A stretch of DNA of 34,792 nucleotides from Tubiluchus corallicola (taxonomy: Eukaryota; Animalia; Priapulida), in the NCBI GenBank assembly GCA_030141605.1, contig JAQGDQ010001559.1, positions 1 through 34,792 of the forward strand, given 5' to 3'. The position numbers and the translations under genes were made by a program. A model generated the notes under the pieces. The model was not told where the DNA came from. It saw nothing but the letters and a program-made list of their open reading frames with translations, and made no database searches. The stretch's first letter is position 1. Every line of letters begins with the position of its first letter. Positions 1-34,792 of this stretch are shown piece after piece.

Positions 1-539
<539 letters not shown>

Positions 540-801
540 TCATCCCGTTCTATTGCAAGCAACGCTTTATGAAAAGTACACTGACACACGCTCAACTTCT
601 GTCACTCACCTCAAACTAAATTACTTAAGGTTGTGCATGTAGTATCCTTGCTAAACTGTAATTCAACAAAAATTTAAATCAATTTTTCATTATCTCTTGT
701 GAATCTAATAATTTATTTTTTATTATTTGCACTACGCTCTTCAAGATGGCTCTTTCAGCTATTTGCATTGCCGTTGCCGTTGCAGCTTACTGATCTGTTA
801 A

Positions 802-1259
802 CCCTTTCAGTCCCAAATTATTTTTTAATAAGAAAATTTTTTTGGCTTGGTACTTTTGTTCAGTATGTCCATCTTGTTTACACATAATAGTTATTTTTTT
901 CTACCTGTGCCCGCGTGCTAAATATAGCCTGTATCCCACGAGATACATTGGGATTCAATGGAAGCATAAAATGTGCTTCATTTTGCAATTGCTGATAATT
1001 TTTTAAAGTATTTAAGACATTTAGTATGCATGCTATGCTGATCTGTACGAAGTCGTCTCTAAAGTACTGTACCTTGCGCAGTTTTTTATGCTATGTAGAT
1101 TTTCTAGTTTACCATTTTATCACTATTTTTAGTCTATTGTTATTGGCTTAAATCAAAATAACTATTAACAGATCAAATAACTGTCAGTTTTAAAATTTTA
1201 TTAATTTTAAAAGCAGAAAACATTCTCGTATCCCACGGGATACAACGGGTATGAAAGGG
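802..1259. mobile_element. piggyBac-like MITE, copy 1
   Basis: TTAA on both sides (798-801, 1260-1263); termini CCCTTTCA...TGAAAGGG; near-identical copies at 30818-31276 and (inverted, truncated) 31333-31721. Confidence 0.85.
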
Positions 1260-1280
1260 TTAAAAACGAAAGAGGGTTAC

Positions 1281-8717
<7,437 letters not shown>

Positions 8718-9089
8718 TTTCGAAATTTTAACATAAAATCACCTAAAATATCCGTTAGATCATCTCTAACCGAGGCGGCGCAGACTATAAGCGGTTACTG
8801 TTTGCTTAACATACTGCACAAAGTTCGTTTGTGCTATCAAGGCCAGGGTAAAGGCCTTAAAGAATGAGCACCCAAGTGGTCTGACAAAATATTTGTCATG
8901 TTGTTCGCTGAACCGTTATCCTACAGCTAACAGTACTTCACTAAGGAGTAAAACCAGTTCCGTTTCTTGGGCAAGTTTTACTCAATTCAATTCAATTCAA
9001 AACGTGCATTTATTTCCATATTCATGATATAACTGAGGCAAGTAAATGTGTTTAATTATCACAATGTCTTGCTTGCTTGCTTGCTTACT

Positions 9090-9190
9090 TATTCCTAGTC
9101 GGTCACCCATCCAACCACTAACCCGCCTCGACGTCGCTTTACTTCGGTGATCAGACGAGAACCAGTGTCATCAACATGATTTGGACAACC
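9090..9190 (-). pseudogene. 5S rRNA-derived fragment (pseudogene or SINE3-type head), 3' truncated
   Basis: Minus strand reads ACACTGGTTCTCGTCTGATCACCGAAGTAAAGCGACGTCGAGGCGGGTTAGTGGTTGGATGGGTGACCGACTAGGAATA, colinear with metazoan 5S but with many substitutions; followed by (AAGC)n. Confidence 0.85.
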
Positions 9191-9867
9191 GGTATCTTCA
9201 ACGCCGTAATCGTGTATAAGCACCTGCTCGTGATATACAAGAATTGCAAACTTGCTACATAGCAACATGTACTAATGCGTATGAATTGTCCTCAAATACC
9301 AGTAAAATCCACATTAAGTTTCGTTTATTAATAATCAGTATGCAAATCAGTAACAACAGTATACAAACATGTTTAATATTACCCTATATACATTCGATTT
9401 TTTTTACTTTTTCAAGAACGGAGGTCAACGACTTAAAAACGGACAAAAATTCGGATTTCCGTGATGAGTAATCTAGCTTGTCGCCTAGAATTCACAAATA
9501 TACGGAAATTTTGCTGTATCACGCGAGAAGTCATTCCATGTGTTCCCATTTGCCCGCAGGATGGCGCAGCTTTCGCCATCGCCGTAATAATCCGGTTGGC
9601 CATCTGCCCCAAGAAGTAAAAAGAGCAGGTCTACCTGTTGCAAACCACCTCCAGTCACCCTCCTCGTGTATGTCCATTAAACCAATCCAAAAATGCTCAC
9701 CAGCTTTATTAAAAACAAATTATATTTAATATTAAATTTGGTTATTTACCATTATATTTTCATATAATATAACAGTTATTTAACTTTTATACATTCCACA
9801 GCAATTATAACGTACTTTACCACTCCCATGAAACACTAAAATAACAAATATTATCAGTGATTTTTTT

Positions 9868-10221
9868 CGAAATTTTGACCAAACAGCGTGCGGAAAAAAC
9901 GTTCTAGCGACACCTGGTGGGACTCTCGGAAGGAGATATGTGGCTCTTTAGAAAGAGGAAGAACAGGGCTACACATTGGTGTGGGCTATTTGTTAGGATA
10001 GGTCCACCAAGAGGAGTACGGACGAGTTAATTAGATGTTCTATTTTTGGCAATTTTCGCTTGAAAAACTGCTGACGCAAAGCCATTGTTCTGACGTCATC
10101 CATTATACTCTGTCTATAACCTTACAGCTTTAATTCAGTAAAAGCTGCGGCTGCTAGGTTTGCGTTATAAATGAGGACTATGTAGGATGTTCGCGTATTA
10201 TTGATGATAAGTGTATTGATA
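9868..10221. repeat. unclassified interspersed repeat, copy 2
   Basis: Direct copy of 6124-6480; an extra sub-fragment recurs at ~10325-10390. Confidence 0.85.
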
Positions 10222-10460
10222 CGCAAACTTGGCGAGCGGGACTCGGCGATATTATTAACAGATCGTTGAATGGTAAAGGCCACCAAGACTAGATGCTCTT
10301 AATTAGTTGTGACTAAGTTTGCAATAGTGGCTTTGCGTTATAAATGAGGACTATGTAGAATGTTTGCGCATTGTTGATTATGAGTATATTTACATGCAAA
10401 ATTTTTTGCGGGGGCCTTTGCAAAAGTGTTTGATTCAAAACTAAAAAAATTAAGTTTAAG

Positions 10461-10539
10461 TAGCAGAGTTCGCGTCGACCATTTCTCGTGGCAAAGAGTT
10501 CCAAATTTCAACAACTCTATTCGAAAAGGAAAATTTCTG
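10461..10539 (-). mobile_element. CR1-type LINE ORF2 C-terminal remnant
   Basis: Translates KFSFSNRVVEIWNSLPREMVDANS, the FSNRVVxxWNxLP motif. Confidence 0.7.
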
Positions 10540-10946
10540 AATTCTGTGCATTTAATTCAGCTGTATTATGTGCACAGGCGGACCAGTGCAGCATGCTCAC
10601 TGACTCCGACAGCTCCTGCAGCCAACCTGGTGCCAAACGTGTCGCCCCGCTTTCCTTTGGACTACACCAGGGAGGAAGAGAAGGGGTTCCTGTTGTCTGG
10701 GTAACTCAGGATCTCCATACATCTTGCCCAGGCGTGTGCCCTGGAGACGTTCAAGGATCGAACTGCTCAGCCACAGTCGACGCTGCAGCTCCATCAATGT
10801 GATCAATAACTGACTCTCTTGGCGCACACTCGATGGTCTTCTGAGACAGAAGGATGCCAACCATTGTGTGTCATAACTTATTGCATTATTTGTATTAATT
10901 TGTGATGTGTATATGAACTTTGTAAAGTTTGAAACAAAATATTAAA

Positions 10947-10951
<5 letters not shown>

Positions 10952-11018
<67 letters not shown>

Positions 11019-11116
11019 TACACCCCCTCTCTCTTCTCTCTCTCTTTCCCTTACCTTTTCTCTTTTTCTCTCACTCTTTCTCTCTCTCCCTCTCTCCCCA
11101 TTCCTCCTCTCCTCTT

Positions 11117-11200
<84 letters not shown>

Positions 11201-11236
11201 TCCCTCTCCCTCTCCCTCTCCCTCTCCTCTCTCTCT
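10952..11236. repeat. (CT)n / pyrimidine tract
   Basis: Read directly. Confidence 0.95.
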
Positions 11237-11593
11237 GGTACTTACTTATCGCTCATATTAGCGAGACATTTTTCTTTGTTAAATGTAGTTTTTGCGCTGC
11301 TTGCAATTTTGCTCTAAAGCTAATAAATTGATATGGTTCTTGTGAAATCGATATGTGTTAATTGCTTCTGATTAACTGTAGTAATTTTTAACTGTAAGCG
11401 AACTATAAAACGTAATGAGAAAACATTTTATTTATATTCCATAGTTCCGTAGTCCGTATATAAAAGCACATGGTACATCAAAGGAAATAAAAGAGCTCCA
11501 GCTCAATTAAACTTTTCCAGTATCCGTGTCACAGCCAATGAGACAATTTCTCAAAGAAGGATGGTGTTGCAGGTACAAATGTTTTGGTCCATT

Positions 11594-11871
11594 ACCTCTT
11601 CCCAAGGTAGTATATGCATTAGAAACTACAGTATATTAAACTGCAGTTCAACAAGCTAGACTACCCCTTCCCAAGGTAGTATGCATTAGAAGCCACAATA
11701 TATTAGACTGCAGTTCAACAAGCTAGACTACCCCTTCCCAAGGTAGTATATGCATTAGAAGCTACAATATATTAAACTGCAGTTCAACAAGCTAGACTAC
11801 TTCTTCTCAAGTTAGTATATGCATTAGAAGCCACAATATATTAGACTGCAGTTCAACAAGCTAGACTACTT
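11594..11871. repeat. 67-69-bp tandem repeat (4 units)
   Basis: cccaaggtagtat(at)gcattagaa...ctgcagttcaacaagctagactac at 11601, 11670, 11737, 11806. Confidence 0.93.
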
Positions 11872-12564
11872 TTCTACTTTGACATTGTATAGGTGCAACT
11901 TGTTATGTACACACATCTCTGTTACATTTAAAATTTGACTTATAATTATACTGCTACCTTTTACTGACATTCTGGCTTTTTCTAGACTCAATATTGGACC
12001 AACAATGTATGTATGCATTTTAGCTTTTTAGCGTAACGTAGTAATCTGTAGCACTTATTTTTCTAGCATTTATTTCAGTAGTTTTGTAGAGGTAGTAATC
12101 GTAGACTACAGAAAATTTGTATTTTGCAGAATAAACTAACATAGATATGGGAACGCAACTTTGGTTTGAGCGTATACATTACAGATAGGTCTAAAGTTAT
12201 TAGAGCAGAAATACATAAAAACCAAGGTCAGCACTACTGAGAGAGAAAAACTGCAATGCAAAAATCACGTAAAGTCACGGTATCAAATTATTTTGGATTA
12301 GTTGCAGTACATATTAAAAAAATTAGTAACAATTTTCCGTGAGCTCGCTTTTTAAATGCAATTCGTTTCTAAAATTTGCCACTAGGTGACGCCAAAAGGT
12401 TAACTATTGAGTTTTAGAGACCAAAATGAGCAATAAAAATAATTTAAGAACCTGCTGTGTCTGCTGTATCATATTATAACAAGTTTTGTTACAGCTTAAC
12501 TGTTTATATATATCTTTAATAGTTTATAATAAGTAATGAAAAATGTCTAAATACACTTTTTCAA

Positions 12565-12607
12565 TTAACCCACCACAAACGCTTATCGTCAAGTCGTGCT
12601 ATAAATA
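12565..12607 (+). promoter_or_regulatory. putative U2 promoter: PSE-like element (about -61 to -43) and TATA box (-30 to -23)
   Basis: TATAAATA at 12600-12607; CCCACCACAAACGC at the usual PSE distance (weak sequence match). Confidence 0.5.
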
Positions 12608-12629
12608 CCCGCTGGTATGTTTTCCTGGC

Positions 12630-12819
12630 ATCGCTTCTCGGCCTTTTGGCTAAGATCAAAGTGTAGTATCTGTTCTTATCAGCTTAATATCTGATACGTC
12701 CCTCATTGAGGGACCAGAATATTAAACTGATTTTTGGTATTGGGAGGTGTGGCCAGAGCTTGCTCTCCCACCTCCACGGGTTGGCCTGGTATTGCAGTAC
12801 TTCCAGGATCGGCCCACTC
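12630..12819 (+). ncRNA. RNU2: U2 spliceosomal snRNA
   Basis: ATCGCTTCTCGGCCTTTTGGCTAAGATCAAAGTGTAGTATCTGTTCTTATCAG 5' end with branch-point recognition GTAGTA, Sm site GATTTTTGG, stem-loop IV CCTGGTATTGCAGTACTTCCAGG; full length. Confidence 0.98.
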
Positions 12820-13666
12820 CCCTCGGGGAGAATAAACAATAAAAGTCAGTAAAGAGTAATCAAAATTTCGGACCATCAGTACTAGCACGGCCGCACTATG
12901 ATGGTGAGAACTTTAGCGATACAATGATGTTAGCAGAAAAGAACTTAGAGGATAATAGTACGGAACTCATGAAAAAGAAAATAAAGAATACATACAAAAT
13001 GTAGATTAAATATTAAAAAATATTTCGATAGCCACAACGGAAGTGATGGTCAGGTGCTGATAATAAAATCTTTTAAACTAGGTCACACAATTTAGAAAGA
13101 AGTAGCTTGTTCTAGCAAACAATAAATTCGATAATGTATTCAAAAATGGAAATCATAATACTGGACTGAATTCGACTCAGGGGGTCGAACTCCAAGACGG
13201 CATGGCAGTCTTGATATTGCGCATCATGAAGATCCATTTTACTATCATTGTGTGACTGATTACTTAATTACAAATGTTATGCTAATTAACTAAGTTAATG
13301 TCTGTAAACTAGTATCATATACCTGTTATAGCATGTCGTTTAATTCGCATAAAATAAAATATATAGAAAAACTACACTGTACGGAGTTTATTATCCGCAC
13401 TACTAAAAATACACGTGCACAAAAAAATTACTAACTAACTCAGTAACAGCACTACACCCGAGGAGCAGCTGTGTCAGAAATCAAGGCTGTTGTGACCTCT
13501 CCACGCTTTCACACTGGCATTCCAGGTTAGCTGGCTTCTCACACCACGTGTAGGCCCCCAAACAAGACGTCTGGACCTACAAGAAAGGGATGAGTCGCTG
13601 CTGACGTGGAAGCAGGGCGTGTAGAGGGCCCTACACCTGTAAGCATTGGTTAAGTACCCATAAATA

Positions 13667-14163
13667 CAGTGTGTCCCATAAGTCACAACGGATTTCTAAT
13701 TTTCTTTTTAATTTTTTCACCAATTCTTTTCATTTATTTTTTTGACTGGAAGTCCGTTGCTAAGGCGACGTCGGTAACGTTAAAGTTAATAGGCAAAATC
13801 AGTCCCGACATGGGGTCCTTTAACTGCCAACTGAAGTTCAGTGAAAATTCAGATCAGCAGATGGACTTCACTATTCTCTCACAATGCAGTTTTTCTACAA
13901 GGTGTAGCCCCCCCCCCCCCCATTGATGGGCTGTGAGAAACTTTTTCAACACAAGATGTCCAACTTGCCATTGGATTTGTCTCTTGAGGTCCCTAAAGAA
14001 GGAAGCAAAAACAACAAAACCTGAAAGTGCAGTTGTTGTTTTTTCAAATTTTCGTCTAAGTTTATTAAAAGGATTGACCATCTGTGCCAATTTTCAAAAA
14101 TTTTGCTTTGTTTCTTAAAACTATAGAAAATGTAAAGTGTATAGCGACTTATGAGACACCCTG
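13667..14163. mobile_element. Tc1/mariner non-autonomous element
   Basis: TA on both sides; TIRs CAGTGTGTCCCATAAGTCAC / CAGGGTGTCTCATAAGTCGC (reverse complement); the internal minus ORF 13854..14090 may be a decayed transposase N-terminus. Confidence 0.85.
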
Positions 14164-14564
14164 TATGTAAAGGTTGTCGCAGTCTTCAATTCAATTCAAT
14201 TCAATTCAAAATCAGCCAAATGTTTGGAGAATATAACGTTGAACCCAAGTTAGTCTCAATGTGCACAGCTTCCTTCATAAAAGCTTGAATAAACAATAAG
14301 TTTTGCCAATACAGAACCTACCGTAATCATTGCAGTCAATCTGCCATGCAGGTGAAATATCAAATATACTTAGTTACTATTATTAGTAACTTCGTGACTA
14401 CCATAGCATTTGTAAAACCTGCCAGGCCTTCTACATTGTCATTAATGAAATATGATTTAATACTGATATTGTGGCATATTTTTGAAATTGATGATCTTAA
14501 CCTAACTGTGTTGTCAGCACCAGGTTATCAACTAACCTGAGAAAAACTTTAAAATTACCAATCA

Positions 14565-15133
14565 TTGAAGCACACAAAGAACATTTTACTCTGCTTTTTA
14601 TATTTAAATACATTAACAACATCAGCAAACCATTCCAGAATAACAGATTTACCTTTTTTTCCAAATCCTATCGTTAATTCCAGAACAAGCAATCTAAAAC
14701 AAATTAGGACAAATACCCACTATGGAACGAACTCTGTAATCAAGCAAGCAATTCTACTTTGGAATTCTCTACCATTACAGGTTAAACAAATCAAGTCCCT
14801 ATCAGCATTTAAAACAAAATTTAAATCACTAATATTAACTAGATATGAAATACCATCACACCAGTACGACAACATACACACTGATTCAGAATTCATATAT
14901 CCACGGCCATATTAAATAAATCATAGTTTTCCATTTTTTTGTGCATAGTTGTAAATATGTTTGATTTTATTCGTCGTTACTTTCCATTACTGCACAGTAG
15001 TTTAGATTGCACTGACGCATTTGCCTTTAGCAGTGTAAGTTTTTATTAACTAACACTGATTGATCATTTCTGTAAATGTGATTATCAATGTATCTTGATG
15101 GCAAATAAAGATTTTAATATATATATATATATA
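14565..15133 (+). mobile_element. non-LTR retrotransposon 3' end (CR1/L2-group-like)
   Basis: ORF 14565..14915 has NTHYGTNSVIKQAILLWNSLPLQVKQIKSLSAFKTKFK; downstream AATAAA (15104) and (AT)n tail. Confidence 0.75.
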
Positions 15134-15451
15134 ATGTTTGAAACAAAAGTCCTTTTGCGTGGAATTTCGTAGTTGGACATGCCTACAGGCTGTGTACTCA
15201 TAACTTGTGCGGGTCACGGCCTAGCTGTACTTCATTTTGTAAGAGTGTTTTACCGTTCATGACCTGTACGGTACGACATTTCTGGCAAATACAGCAAAAT
15301 TTTGAATGGTGACAATTTTGATTATGTATTTTGTGTCTGTGTGTAATTTTAGTGGGAAGCGTTAACGTGTAATCTGTACGCGTGATCTCTCCTTGGAAGA
15401 AAGTTTTATCAAATTTGTACTTTCACTGTGTACAATAATTAAGTAGAAATA

Positions 15452-33393
<17,942 letters not shown>

Positions 33394-34395
33394 GTAAGAC
33401 CACTAAAATATAAGCTTGCTGTATTGGTAATATATAGGCTGTATTATTTAAAATATAAAATACGGCCTGGGTGGCCGTATGTATGGGCCTCCCAGCACAC
33501 ATCTGTATACAAAGCACGTATAATGTTTGAGTTTAGAGAAGTATGAATAGGAATAAAAAATCTATAATACATATTTGCACTGCACACAACAGAAAAGTGT
33601 TTATTAAAACTACAGACATATGAGTAGCTTGACTGTTGCACTGAACACTGAGAGAGCACTAGAAAGCAAAAACAGTTAGTATATATAGGTATAGACTTGC
33701 ACAGGCTGCACAACAACCATTACTTTTAAATAGGGAGAGGACCAGTGTGTATGCATTCACTGGACCATACAATTATACAGAGGGTCAGTCAGCTGGTAGA
33801 ATGTGGCAGGATTAGCCCATAGATGGCAGCACCTAATTACAATGTACAATTCCAACTTCCACAATGTGGATTAAATAGAAAATAAGAGTTAAAAAAAGTT
33901 TAAAAAGTTGCTTTGACATAGTGCTTTGACTGATTTGCTTAGGGTTAGTTCACAACTAAATAGCGATTAGCATATCTGTAGATAGGCGTATGTAGAACGA
34001 TTATACAAATACACTTACACGCGCCCAGCTATTATGAACTCATGCCCTGTTTAGCCAGTAAACCATAAAATGTATTGAAGTGACGTTGCACATGGAACCT
34101 TGACATTTTTTCAATCTTCATATATTAAGATTATATATTACCTCAATATTTAAATAACAGTCAAGTAAATTTAAAACTTAAATATGGTAGATCTAAACGA
34201 AAATGTAAAATTAAAGGTAAAGAACTCATTTGAAGATTATGTTTTAAGATATCTATTATAGCTTCTTACAACACTGTATAATGTAATATAATTACAAGGG
34301 AACTACAATGTGTGGTTATTATAAAGTTGAATGTCTGTAGATATGTTACTTTACTAACATCTTTATCTTTGTAAACTGTATATTTTTATACGAAA

Positions 34396-34792
34396 TAAAC
34401 TCAAACATATACGTGCTTTGTATACAGATGTGTGCTGGGAGGCCCATACATACGGCCACGCAGCCCGTATTTTATATTTTAAATAATACAGCCTATATAT
34501 TACCAATACAGCAAGCTTATATTTTAGTGGTCTTACCAAGTCTGAAGCGTTTGTTGCAAAATAAGCTCGTTTTTCTTCTTCATGTGGCGTCAGGGTCGAG
34601 CTATACAAAGATGGTGGCAAAGTAGGACCCGTCATTCTGTCAAAGAGTGTAGAATTACTGATTACATTGCAAAAATAATATTACACTATAAAACTGAGAA
34701 ATTTTGAATAGGAAGAAAATAGATTTTTTATGTATGTACCAAAAAACTTTCCTTACAAAATTAAAATCACTTAGTATTGCGCTTACGTATTT
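34396..34792 (-). other. inverted duplicate of 33151-33535 containing an intact copy of exon 12 (34636-34537)
   Basis: Same 33-aa exon translation and both splice sites on the minus strand; similarity runs to the window edge. Confidence 0.92.

Noticed and set aside
541-797. Next GHDC exon (exon 7)
   Set aside because: The phase-1 acceptors I tried hit immediate stops, and FHKALLAIER is too weak a match; the exon is probably beyond the window.
10570-10870. GC-rich block with overlapping ORFs
   Set aside because: No recognisable motif or splice pattern; probably a TE fragment that I cannot classify.
12703-12888. 61-aa minus-strand ORF
   Set aside because: Antisense to U2 snRNA.
13165-13230. 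B-box-like GAGTTCGACCCC on the minus strand (tRNA?)
   Set aside because: No cloverleaf or A-box; at most a SINE relic.
33536-34395. Further TTLL exons in the spacer between the inverted arms
   Set aside because: The candidate phase-0 acceptors I tried give stops or peptides with no TTLL similarity.

Overview
Animal (probably invertebrate) genomic DNA, AT-rich and dense in repeats. I assembled two multi-exon genes by hand from splice signals and codon phase; the ORF track shows only fragments of them. (1) Minus strand: a GH3/GHDC-family acyl-acid amido synthetase-like gene, 6 exons visible (8717 down to 1281), continuing off the left edge. It has an N-terminal membrane anchor, a GC-AG intron, and a minisatellite made from its own splice acceptor. 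(2) Plus strand, divergent from it: a 12-exon, 489-codon TTLL4-like ATP-grasp ligase gene (15452-33393, 3' end unresolved). Unlike canonical cytosolic tubulin glutamylases, it starts with a signal-peptide-like exon, has 7 N-X-S/T sequons, keeps the ATP/Mg catalytic core, and has rewritten substrate-pocket motifs. It is a candidate secretory-pathway peptide ligase, and this is the main finding. An intact-looking U2 snRNA gene with a TATA box lies between the two genes. The rest is MITEs (piggyBac-, Kolobok-, Tc1/mariner-, pogo-, P- and hAT-like), tRNA-derived SINEs, a 5S-derived fragment, LINE 3' remnants, mini/microsatellites and an inverted duplicate of the last TTLL exon. Family assignments come from recalled motifs, not database searches.
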